Shown here in pieces: positions 1-8,489 of a stretch of 64,000 nucleotides of DNA (its first letter is position 1; each line of letters opens with the position of its first letter). The position numbers and the translations under genes are program-made. Under the pieces are notes generated by a model. That model saw only the letters and a program-made list of their open reading frames with translations. It was not told the DNA's origin and searched no databases. The DNA comes from an uncultured Chloroflexia bacterium (GTDB lineage Bacteria > Chloroflexota > Anaerolineae > JAAYZQ01), in NCBI GenBank assembly GCA_963700285.1, contig CAVOXA010000010.1, forward strand, positions 1,408,001-1,472,000, read 5' to 3'.

Positions 1-431
1 GTGACGCCCGTCTTTTCCACCAGCTCCAGCACGCGGGCCAGGCCATCCAGCACGTTGGCGTACATCTCGCCCGCTGAATAGTCGCGGCTGAGGGGCTGGA
101 TCCACTCTTCGCCGTTGGGCCGGACCTCCACCTGGTTGGAAAAGACAAAGAGGTGGGGGATGCCGTAGCGCTGGGCCACTTCCAGCGACTCGGCCCAGGC
201 GTCCAGGCAGCGGCCATGGTCAGCGGCGTCCACCAGGTTGCCCGGCTCCGGGTCAAAGGTAGAGTTCAGGATGCAGTCGTGGCGCTGGCACTCGGCGTAT
301 AGGTCGGCCATGGGCCGCTCGCGCCACAGCCAGACGTCCAGGCGGCGGATGCCCAACCGGGCAAAGCGCTCGACCCGTTCGACGATGGGCAGGTCCTGGT
401 ACCAAAAATCAAGATAACCTGTCAGTTCCAT
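1..431 (-). CDS. Hydroxypyruvate isomerase / xylose-isomerase-like TIM-barrel protein (runs off window)
   Basis: Manual translation MELTGYLDFWYQDLPIVERVERFARLGIRRLDVWLW...; AAGGAG RBS upstream of ATG 431; Hyi-like N-terminus. Confidence 0.65.
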   Translation of the reverse strand, partial: MELTGYLDFWYQDLPIVERVERFARLGIRRLDVWLWRERPMADLYAECQRHDCILNSTFDPEPGNLVDAADHGRCLDAWAESLEVAQRYGIPHLFVFSNQVEVRPNGEEWIQPLSRDYSAGEMYANVLDGLARVLELVEKTGV

Positions 432-568
432 GCTTCACTCCTTGGTCAGTTCGGCCGGCTGTCACCGCCGCCAACCGGTGTCGTACTTGCGTCTGTTCGC
501 GTTGGCAGAGACGGGCTCCGTCATCGCGAGCACAGCGCGGCGATCCCCACCTGGCCATCAAAGGCAGC

Positions 569-2995
569 TCATAGGCTTTCTAGCTGAAACTCCAAGACAG
601 CGCCGGCGGCGCCGTCCAGGCGGACTGCCTGGACGCCCGGTGTCTCTGCTAGCGGCAGGTCCTGGCCTCCCACGGTCACCGTGGTAGCCCGTACCCCATG
701 GAGCACGATCTCCACCTCGCCCGGACATGCGCCAACCTCCACGGTCAGCTCGTCTCCGTGTCGCGCATAGCGCACCGGGATCTCGGGCCGGTCCTCGTCG
801 TAGACGACCGTCTGCGCCTCGCCCTCGGGCAGGTAGATCTCTAGCGTCAGGGGATCGAGAGCTTTTTCTCCGGTGTGAGCCTGTTCTGGACCCATGGGCA
901 CGATGGCGCCGGCCCGCACCCACAGGGGCAGGACGTCCAGGGCGGCCTCGACCTCGATCCAGCGGCCGCCTGTCACGAGCTCCTTGCTCCAATAGTCCAG
1001 CCAATCGCCGGCCGGCAGGTAAACGCGGCAGCGGTTGCCACGGCTCACCACCGGCGCGACCAGGAAACTGTCGCCAAACATGTACTGCAGGTCGATGGGG
1101 TAGGTGGCCGGATCATCCGGATACTCTAGCACCATGGCCCGGGCCATGGGGACGCCGGTCCGGGCCGAGTGGACCGCCTGGGAATAGATGTAGGGCAGCA
1201 GGCGGTAGCGCAGCTTCAGGTAGCGGCGGGCGATCTCTTCGGCCCGCGGCCCGTAGGCGTAGGGCTCGCGCGGCTGCTTGCCGTGGGCGCGGACGTGGGA
1301 GGAAAAGACGCCGAACTGGAGCCAGCGGACATAGACGACCGGATCGAGGGCGTGCTCTTTTAGGAACCACTGGCTGCTGCGTTCGCTGTGGTCAAAGGCC
1401 TGCGGTGCATAGTCAAAGCCGCCGACGTCGTGGCTGCAAAAGGGCACCCCCGACAGGCCATAGCCCAGCAGGCCGCGGATCTGGCAGGCCATCTGGTCGA
1501 GGCTGCTGTAGCTGTCGCCCCCCCACTGCACCGGATACCGTTGGGATCCCGCGTATGCTGACCGCGCCCAGGTAAAGCCTCGCCCAAAATAGCCTTGGGT
1601 CAGCTCGAACACGGCCCGGTTGTAGAGCAATGGATAGAGGTTGTGCATCTCGACCCCGCTGCGCCCGTCAAAATAGACCGCATCCACCGGCGCTTGTTCC
1701 CCAAAGTCGGACTTGAACACCGCCGCGCCCATGTCCAGCAGGGCTCTGAGCTTACCTTGGAACCAGGCGCTTGCCTCCGGGTTGGTGAAATCGATGGCGG
1801 CCAGGTCGTGCCCGGCAAAGGCCTCGATGATCGGGCTGACACGGCCATCGGGCCTGGAGATAAAGAAACCCCCAGCCATCCCCTCCTCGTGCGCGGCCGT
1901 GCCGGCTGGCACGTAGGGGGTGATCCACAGGCAGGTGCGCACGCCTTGCTCGCGCAAGCCCTGCATCATTTCCGCGGGCTCGGGAAAGGCGTCCGTGTTC
2001 CATTCGTAGGTGGTCCAGGGGGGCTCACCCATCCACCACGGGTCGAGGCTGAGCACATCGAAGGGCAGGTCGCGCCCCCGCATTTCGCGAGCCACTGTCT
2101 CCGCCTCTTCCCGGCTCCGGTAGCCGGCGCGCGAGACCCAGAAGCCAAAGGACCATTTGGGCGGCACCGGCGCGTGGCCGGTCAGGCCGGCATAGCGCTT
2201 CAGGATCTGTTTCAGGTCGGGCCCATAGATGAGATAGTAGTCCAGGTGGCTGTCGTCGACGTGGAAAGAATAGGAGATGGTCGATTCGCTGCCCATGCGG
2301 AAAACCATGGGGTAGGAAGAGTGGACAAACAGGCCATATCCGGCGGTGCTCATCAGGAAGGGAATATTCTTGTACGACCGGGGGCTGCTGACATTGCCCG
2401 AGTCGGCCGTCCAGAGGGTCAGTTCCTGGCCCCGTTTTTCCAGGGGCGTGAAGCGCTCCCCGAAACCGTAGAAAGCCTCGCCCGGGGCAACCGCTACGGT
2501 CTCCCGGACGGTCAGGCGGCCGTCGTCGTTTTCGTCAAAGCCTGGCGGCGGGACCTCGTAATAGGGGCCGTAGGCCCGGTCGTTGCACTGCTGGCTGAAG
2601 AAGGGCGTCGTCTGGTCCGCCGTCTCGGCAAAGACACGCATCTGCCAGGGATAGCGGGGGAACTCGATGCGCAGCTTTTCGGTACGCAGGACCAGGGCCT
2701 CTTCCTGCTCTTCGACCTCAAAGGGCTGAGGTTGCCGCTCCCGGTCGCTTTGGACGAGCATCTCGCCCGGCCCATCGCTGATGCCGTCCCGGCCCATGCG
2801 GACGCGGAGGACGTCCGGCTCGATAACATCCACCTGAAAGGCGATGGGCTTGCCGTTCGCCATTTCACACTGGAACAAGAGCCCCCGCTCCGTGCGCTCA
2901 AACTCGATCCAGCGCCGCAAAAAGTGTGAGCCCGTTTCAATGTCCGAGACATCGAGCGGTACAGTGATAGACTGCCAATCGATCTGCTTGTTCAT
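569..2995 (-). CDS. Glycoside hydrolase family 31 (alpha-xylosidase-like)
   Basis: Motifs FKSDFGE, WGGD, SHDVGGF, RWLQFGVFS, QYMFG; start moved to MNKQ after AAAGGAG RBS. Confidence 0.9.
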   Translation of the reverse strand: MNKQIDWQSITVPLDVSDIETGSHFLRRWIEFERTERGLLFQCEMANGKPIAFQVDVIEPDVLRVRMGRDGISDGPGEMLVQSDRERQPQPFEVEEQEEALVLRTEKLRIEFPRYPWQMRVFAETADQTTPFFSQQCNDRAYGPYYEVPPPGFDENDDGRLTVRETVAVAPGEAFYGFGERFTPLEKRGQELTLWTADSGNVSSPRSYKNIPFLMSTAGYGLFVHSSYPMVFRMGSESTISYSFHVDDSHLDYYLIYGPDLKQILKRYAGLTGHAPVPPKWSFGFWVSRAGYRSREEAETVAREMRGRDLPFDVLSLDPWWMGEPPWTTYEWNTDAFPEPAEMMQGLREQGVRTCLWITPYVPAGTAAHEEGMAGGFFISRPDGRVSPIIEAFAGHDLAAIDFTNPEASAWFQGKLRALLDMGAAVFKSDFGEQAPVDAVYFDGRSGVEMHNLYPLLYNRAVFELTQGYFGRGFTWARSAYAGSQRYPVQWGGDSYSSLDQMACQIRGLLGYGLSGVPFCSHDVGGFDYAPQAFDHSERSSQWFLKEHALDPVVYVRWLQFGVFSSHVRAHGKQPREPYAYGPRAEEIARRYLKLRYRLLPYIYSQAVHSARTGVPMARAMVLEYPDDPATYPIDLQYMFGDSFLVAPVVSRGNRCRVYLPAGDWLDYWSKELVTGGRWIEVEAALDVLPLWVRAGAIVPMGPEQAHTGEKALDPLTLEIYLPEGEAQTVVYDEDRPEIPVRYARHGDELTVEVGACPGEVEIVLHGVRATTVTVGGQDLPLAETPGVQAVRLDGAAGAVLEFQLESL

Positions 2996-3170
2996 CGGCT
3001 CCTTTACCTTTGGCATGATTGGATCCTGGGTAGGCAACATTACAGTCCACTGATTATAGCGGCCCAAGCTGGCCCTGTCAAGTTTTGGTTAATTCCGCTG
3101 CGGCGGCTTAACTGACACTGGAAATCAGGTTCAATGTGGCTGGATTGCCAGCATCTCTGTAAAGCGCCAG

Positions 3171-3199
3171 TTGACAGAGGAAAGCGGCTGTGCTATAAT
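3171..3199 (+). promoter_or_regulatory. Sigma70 promoter TTGACA-N17-TATAAT with extended TG
   Basis: Perfect consensus read directly; 280 nt upstream of XRE gene. Confidence 0.8.
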
Positions 3200-3479
3200 G
3201 ATTACCAGCCATTCCAGCGCATACACGACGGGGCCGAGGGCATGGGTCGCTCCCCATTTTCAGTCAGGTCGCAGGGCATCATTCCGGGACATCGGGCGTG
3301 GAAGCATCTGAATCTTTGTCCTGCGGTCACGAAGGTAGAACCATCCGCGGAGGTGTCGTGCACCCCGAACTATGGACACCGCCGGTTGGCGGGCGGCTCG
3401 AGTGAGTGTCTCATTGCATCCAACTCTGGGCATGGGGATCGTCGTCTTGGCTGCATAACGAGGGAGACAGGAGTTATCC

Positions 3480-4019
3480 ATGGAACTCGGACACCGCCTT
3501 AGAACGCGACGACAGGAATTGGGGCTGAGCCTGCGGGAACTGGCCGAGCGCGTCGGCCTGACGGCGAGCTTTCTCAGCCAGATCGAACGCGACCTGGCCA
3601 GCCCATCGATAGAATCGCTCCGCAAGATCAGCGACGCCCTGGAAGTACCGATCTTTCATTTCCTGATTGAGCCTGAGGTCAGGAGTCCTGTCGTGCGGCG
3701 GGACGAGCGGGCAAAGCTCAGACTGCCGGGCTCCAATTTGACCTACCAGCTCATGACCCCCGATCTGAACCGCCAGATGGAGGTCTTTTTGGCCGAGAAG
3801 GAGCCGGGTGAGGAAAAGATCACCATTCCCCTGCGCCAGCAGACCGAAGAGTTCATCTATGTGCTGGAGGGCCAGTTGGAGATCGAGCTGGGTGAGGAGG
3901 TCTACCTCCTGGGTCCGGGCGATAGCGTCTATTTTGATGGCCCCTTGCTCCGCCGTTTGACAGCCTGCGGCGACACGACACTGCGCTTTATCTCTGTGAT
4001 CACGCCGCCGATCTTTTAG
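3480..4019 (+). CDS. XRE-family HTH + cupin transcriptional regulator
   Basis: LSLRELAERVGLTASFLSQIERD HTH; EEFIYVLEGQL...GDSVYF cupin; AGGAG RBS. Confidence 0.92.
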   Translation: MELGHRLRTRRQELGLSLRELAERVGLTASFLSQIERDLASPSIESLRKISDALEVPIFHFLIEPEVRSPVVRRDERAKLRLPGSNLTYQLMTPDLNRQMEVFLAEKEPGEEKITIPLRQQTEEFIYVLEGQLEIELGEEVYLLGPGDSVYFDGPLLRRLTACGDTTLRFISVITPPIF

Positions 4020-4032
4020 GTTTTGGGATGAC

Positions 4033-5376
4033 ATGACAAACCTACTCATCCAGAACGGTTCTGTTCTCACAATGGATGGTACGGGCACGATCCATGACCC
4101 GGGTTGGGTGTCGGTCGATGGCGACCGGGTGGCCGCGGTGGGCCCAGGCTCGCCGCCACCGGACCTGGTTGCCCAGGCCGAGCGGGTCATTGACGCGACC
4201 CACATGGCTGTGCTGCCGGGCCTGGTCAACGGCCATACCCACCTCTCCCAGACCTTTGTGCGCGGCCTGGCCGACGACAAACCCCTGCTGGCCTGGCTAA
4301 AGCAGATCATGTGGCCCATCCAGTCGGCCATTACGCCGGAGGACATGCGGCTGGCCAGCCTCCTGGGCCTTGTGGAGAACCTGCGCTGCGGCGTGACGGC
4401 GGTCGTGCAGCATCACAAGGTCACCCGTTCGACCGCACATGTCGATGCCACCGCGGAGGCCGCCGAAACAGTAGGGCTGAGGATGCTGCTAGCGCGGGCC
4501 TGGGTCGACATGGGCGACGCCGGCGAGCCGCCGGATGCCATCATCGAGTCCGTAACCCAATTGCGCGATCGCTGGCACGGCGCCGCTGGAGGCCGCATCA
4601 GCGTCGGCTTTGGGCCGCTGGCGCCGTGGCGCTGCTCGGACGAGACCATGCTCCGTACCGTCACCCTGGCCCGCCAGTGGGGCCTGCCCACCCACATCCA
4701 CGTGGCCGAGGCCCAGGAAGAGATCGACATGTTGTACGCGCGTACGGGCCTGCGCCACATCGAGTGGCTCCATGCCCTGGACGCCCTTGGTCCGGACGTG
4801 CACCTGGTTCACAGTGTCTGGGTGGAGGATGCCGAGCTGGCTCTGATCGCCAAGAGCGGCGCGCCGGTCGTGCACTGCCCGGTCAGCAACATGTACCTGG
4901 CCTCGGGTGTGGCCCCCGTGCGCAAGATGCTCGACCGGGGCATCCCCGTGGCGCTGGCCACCGATGGATCTGGTTCGGAGAACTCGCAGGACCTGCTGGA
5001 GGCGCTCAAAATTGCCGCCCTGCTGGCAAAGGTGAGCGGCGGCGACGCCTGTGCCCTCCTACCCCTGGATGTCCTGCGCATGGCCACGACGGCCGGCGCG
5101 CGCCTCTTTGGACGGGAGGACCTCGGCCAGATCGCGCCCCGGGCCACGGCGGACCTGACCCTCGTCAACCTCGACAATGCCCGCTGCGTGCCGGTGCACC
5201 GTGCTGACAGCGCCCTGGTATTCAACGCCTCCGGGCCTGACGTACATACGGTCATCGTCGACGGCCAGATCCTGCTGGATGCCGGCCGGGTCGTTCTGCT
5301 GGACGAGGTGGCCCTGCTGGATGAATGCCGGTCGGCGGCGCAGAGCCTGATGCACCGGGCCGGCGTAGGAATCTGA
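4033..5376 (+). CDS. Metal-dependent amidohydrolase (MTA/SAH, 8-oxoguanine or pterin deaminase-like)
   Basis: PGLVNGHTH, HIHVAE, HCPVSN, ALATDG motifs. Confidence 0.88.
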   Translation: MTNLLIQNGSVLTMDGTGTIHDPGWVSVDGDRVAAVGPGSPPPDLVAQAERVIDATHMAVLPGLVNGHTHLSQTFVRGLADDKPLLAWLKQIMWPIQSAITPEDMRLASLLGLVENLRCGVTAVVQHHKVTRSTAHVDATAEAAETVGLRMLLARAWVDMGDAGEPPDAIIESVTQLRDRWHGAAGGRISVGFGPLAPWRCSDETMLRTVTLARQWGLPTHIHVAEAQEEIDMLYARTGLRHIEWLHALDALGPDVHLVHSVWVEDAELALIAKSGAPVVHCPVSNMYLASGVAPVRKMLDRGIPVALATDGSGSENSQDLLEALKIAALLAKVSGGDACALLPLDVLRMATTAGARLFGREDLGQIAPRATADLTLVNLDNARCVPVHRADSALVFNASGPDVHTVIVDGQILLDAGRVVLLDEVALLDECRSAAQSLMHRAGVGI

Positions 5377-5477
5377 GCGAGTGAACCGCCGCAAACAGGC
5401 GGTGCTGGCCAGATTTCTGGCGAGTTGAAAGCCTAGCACCGGCGCTTCCAGGCCGGTGCCATAAAGGAGTACGACCT

Positions 5478-6206
5478 GTGGATTTTAAGAACCAAGTCGC
5501 TATCGTCACCGGCGGCGCCCGGCGCGTTGGCCAGGTTGTCGCCCGGGAACTGGCCGGGAAGGGAGCCCACGTAGCCTTTACCTACTATGGCTCTGAGGAT
5601 CCGGCGGAGACCCTGGAGATGATCCGGGCCCACGGCGGGGAAGGCATGGCCCTCCCCCTCGATGTCATGGAGTGGGACAAGCCCAGAGAGGCTGTCGAGA
5701 AGGTAATCCAGCGCTTTGGACGCGTCGACCTGCTGGTCAATAGCGCCTCCGTGTGGCAGTCGTCCCCGTTCCTGGAGATCACCCGCCAGCAGTGGGAGAC
5801 CTCCATCGGCACCAATCTAACAGGGCCCTTCCTCTGCGCCCAGGCGGTCGCGCCCTACATGCTGGAGCAGGGGGCCGGTCACATCGTCAGTATCATCGAC
5901 CTTTCGGTCAGCCAGACCTGGGCCGGGTTCGCCGACCACTCGGCCAGCAAGGCCGGACTCGAGGCGCTGACCCGGGTCATGGCCGCCGAACTGGCCCCGC
6001 AGGTGCGCGTCAACGCCATCGCCCCGGGCACCGTCCTGCTGCCCGACGGCGCCCCCGAATCCAAACGGCAGTGGGCCATCAACAACTCGCTGCTAAAGCG
6101 CGTCGGCACGCCGGAAGACGTGGCCCGGACCGTCATCTTTCTCACCGAGAGCGATTTTGTCACGGGCGCCGTCTACTATGTGGATGGCGGCCGGGCGCTG
6201 GTCTAG
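5478..6206 (+). CDS. Short-chain dehydrogenase, pteridine reductase (PTR1/FolM)-like
   Basis: TGGARRVG nucleotide motif with Arg, LVNSAS, RVNAIAPG; catalytic position reads HSASK. Confidence 0.8.
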   Translation: MDFKNQVAIVTGGARRVGQVVARELAGKGAHVAFTYYGSEDPAETLEMIRAHGGEGMALPLDVMEWDKPREAVEKVIQRFGRVDLLVNSASVWQSSPFLEITRQQWETSIGTNLTGPFLCAQAVAPYMLEQGAGHIVSIIDLSVSQTWAGFADHSASKAGLEALTRVMAAELAPQVRVNAIAPGTVLLPDGAPESKRQWAINNSLLKRVGTPEDVARTVIFLTESDFVTGAVYYVDGGRALV

Positions 6207-6218
6207 TGACAGGGCAAT

Positions 6219-6311
6219 CCTCCCGCAGGTTTGGCCTCTCCAGGCGCTTGCTTACGGGCAAACACAGCCCGACTCTGCCGGCGCCTCCGTCGTAGACAAA
6301 CCTGCGGGAGG
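6219..6311. repeat. REPIN-like element, arms CCTCCCGCAGGTTT / AAACCTGCGGGAGG (copy 1)
   Basis: 14-bp perfect inverted arms; homologous copy exactly 400 bp downstream. Confidence 0.85.
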
Positions 6312-6323
6312 TTCAGCTCGACC

Positions 6324-6608
6324 ATGATCACGGTAACCGTCCGCTACCACAACATCCTCCGGAACCGCGCCGGCCTCGAGCAGGAATCCCTGGAACTGCC
6401 CCAAGGCACCGGCGTAGGCGAGGCCATCCGTCAACTGGCCGAGCGCCACGGTTCGAGCCTGGCGGCGATGCTGCTTGCTCCGGATGGCGGCATCTCGCCC
6501 TACCTCGTCGTCTTTCACAACGGGCAGTTGGTTTTCCCCGCCAAGCAGCCCCTCCCTCTGGCCGGCGGGGACGAACTGAAGCTCTTTCCGTCCATCTCTG
6601 GCGGCTAA
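6324..6608 (+). CDS. MoaD/ThiS sulfur-carrier protein
   Basis: Ubiquitin-like size; C-terminal FPSISGG. Confidence 0.88.
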   Translation: MITVTVRYHNILRNRAGLEQESLELPQGTGVGEAIRQLAERHGSSLAAMLLAPDGGISPYLVVFHNGQLVFPAKQPLPLAGGDELKLFPSISGG

Positions 6609-6618
6609 CGACAGCCAG

Positions 6619-6711
6619 CCTCCCGCAGGTTTCGTCTCTCCAGGCACCTGCGCACGGGTGAATGCAATCCAGTTCCGCAGGTATCTCCGCAGTGGACAAA
6701 CCTGCGGGAGG
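6619..6711. repeat. REPIN-like element (copy 2)
   Basis: Same arms and 93-bp length as 6219-6311, diverged spacer. Confidence 0.85.
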
Positions 6712-6732
6712 TTCGGGCTACGCAAGCCCTAC

Positions 6733-6761
6733 TTGCACAAACCCCAGGTGTGTAGTATAAT
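6733..6761 (+). promoter_or_regulatory. Sigma70 promoter TTGCAC-N17-TATAAT with no obvious downstream + strand CDS
   Basis: Read directly. Confidence 0.6.
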
Positions 6762-6913
6762 AGATCGCAGAACGCCTGACCACCCACCATTTTGGGCGTT
6801 CAGGTTCCATACGGCATAGGGCTTACCGTTATCCCCTATGGGGTCGTCATGGAGTGCGATGTGGCCCATCAGTCGGAGGTAAGAGTCCCCCACCCGTCCC
6901 ATACTGGCAACGG

Positions 6914-7321
6914 CTACCGCAAGAGGAGGTCTGCCAGGTCGTCCAGGATGCTGCCTCTACGCTGCGACTTTTTCTGGCGGCCGCGCTTGGACGAGTTGCG
7001 CTGGGCCGAGCGGGGGGCGCTGGATCCAGATCTGCCAACCGGGCTGTCTCCAACCGGCAGTCCGGCCTGTTCCATGAGGCGATGGGCAAGGCCGGCATCA
7101 TCATCCCGAACCGTGATCATAAAGTGGCCGTTGACGATCATATGGCCCCAGGTCTTGATCCCATGATCCCGCAGCCCATTGGATATCTCGCGCCCGGTCC
7201 AGCCGCACTGTACCGGGATGAGAAAAGTGTGCGACGGGCCGTTGGCCACATCCTGGGCCATGGCCAGGGTTGGGCTGATCCAGTCGAAATAGGTTGCAGC
7301 TTCCCACAACTCGTCCAGCAT
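6914..7321 (-). CDS. Hypothetical protein, possible ACT-like core with basic tail
   Basis: AAGAGGG RBS before MLDELW; own consensus promoter; beta-alpha-beta-beta-alpha pattern. Confidence 0.65.
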   Translation of the reverse strand: MLDELWEAATYFDWISPTLAMAQDVANGPSHTFLIPVQCGWTGREISNGLRDHGIKTWGHMIVNGHFMITVRDDDAGLAHRLMEQAGLPVGDSPVGRSGSSAPRSAQRNSSKRGRQKKSQRRGSILDDLADLLLR

Positions 7322-7369
7322 GACGTGCGAACCCTCTTTTGGTTGGGCTCTTTTGAAAAAGAGGGGCTC

Positions 7370-7399
7370 ATTATACTCGAACATACGTTCTGGTGTCAA
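7370..7399 (-). promoter_or_regulatory. Promoter TTGACA-N18-TATAAT with LexA/SOS box GAAC-N4-GTTC (7379-7390) in the spacer
   Basis: CGAACATACGTTCT matches the Gram-positive/Chloroflexi LexA motif. Confidence 0.75.
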
Positions 7400-7473
7400 A
7401 TCTCAGCCTTGTCCACCTGGCTGGGCGGCCAATCTGTTAATCACCGGTTCAAGAAGGCGGGAAGGGGGTCCGA

Positions 7474-7722
7474 GTGGAAGGGAGTGGTTTTTGGAACGGC
7501 TTTCTGGTTGGCTTCCTGGCCGCGGGGATCCTGGGGTTCCTGGCTGCGCAGGCCCGGTTCTTCTGGAAAAGATTCGGGCAGGTGAGCCGGACCCAGACGG
7601 TCCTGTTGCACACCCAGGAGAGCCCCCTGCAGGTCCTGATGAAAAGCCTGCAGGCTGGGTTCATATTGCTACTGATGCTGGCAGCTCTCGTGCTGGCTGT
7701 TTGGTTGGCTGCCCAGGGTTAG
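7474..7722 (+). CDS. Small membrane protein (two hydrophobic segments)
   Basis: GFLVGFLAAGILGFLAA and FILLLMLAALVLAVWLAA. Confidence 0.6.
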   Translation: MEGSGFWNGFLVGFLAAGILGFLAAQARFFWKRFGQVSRTQTVLLHTQESPLQVLMKSLQAGFILLLMLAALVLAVWLAAQG

Positions 7723-7770
7723 TCGTGGCGGCGGGCTCCGAATTGGAGTCAGCCGAGTGCGGAGCGCACT

Positions 7771-8220
7771 GTGGCCCAAAAGGTCTACTATCAGGATCGG
7801 GCCAGGGATATCCTCATCACCGATCAGGTGGTGCGGCTGGGGTCCGATGCCAAGGTGTGGTGGATCAGCGAGCTGGACCGGGCCGTGGTCCAGACACTCT
7901 TCCGGGTCCGGTGGGACATTGTGGCCTGCGCCCTGGTGGGTGGGCTCTTGTGCGAAACCTGTTTGATCGCTAGCAAGGAATCAAGAGTCGGGGCGATGGT
8001 GGTCTTTGTGCTGGCTGTTGTTGGCGGGCTGGTCATTGCGGTCGTCACTGCCAGTTGCTATCGAGTGCGCCTGAGGACCAGGCGGTGGCTGGCAGACCAT
8101 GCGCTCGAGTCTTCGGACCGGGCCGAAATCAAGGTCGTGGTCGATGCTGTGAACAAGGCCATCGAGGACTATCGCCGCATTTACCGTCTTCCGCTACCGC
8201 GGAAGGATGTCCCTCTTTGA
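7771..8220 (+). CDS. Membrane protein, DUF6232-like
   Basis: YYQD..ILITDQ..R N-terminus, two TM helices, C-terminal VVDAVNKAI. Confidence 0.55.
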   Translation: MAQKVYYQDRARDILITDQVVRLGSDAKVWWISELDRAVVQTLFRVRWDIVACALVGGLLCETCLIASKESRVGAMVVFVLAVVGGLVIAVVTASCYRVRLRTRRWLADHALESSDRAEIKVVVDAVNKAIEDYRRIYRLPLPRKDVPL

Positions 8221-8284
8221 GGCAGTCGCGTTCTGACAGGCCTCAGATCCCCAATTGCGAACGCTGGGAGAAGGAGCCTATTGC

Positions 8285-8450
8285 ATGACTGAGAAAAACG
8301 AAGGAACCGCCATCAGTTGGGCCGTCAAGTACGTCGATCCATCCGGATTCGAGGCCACCCTACACAAGATCGGGCCAGTTTCGACAACGGGTTCGGTCTA
8401 CCCTCCGGCCTGCTGGAGGCGGAGGTTACAGAGGGGAAACTGGAACGGAA
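8285..8450 (+). pseudogene. Truncated hypothetical gene fragment (MTEKNEGTAISWAVKYVDPSGFEATL...)
   Basis: AGGAG RBS + ATG; coding-like for about 30 codons then degenerates. Confidence 0.3.
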
Positions 8451-8489
8451 ATGGGCACCAGCCATGGGCCAGCCAGAAGGAGGCAAACT

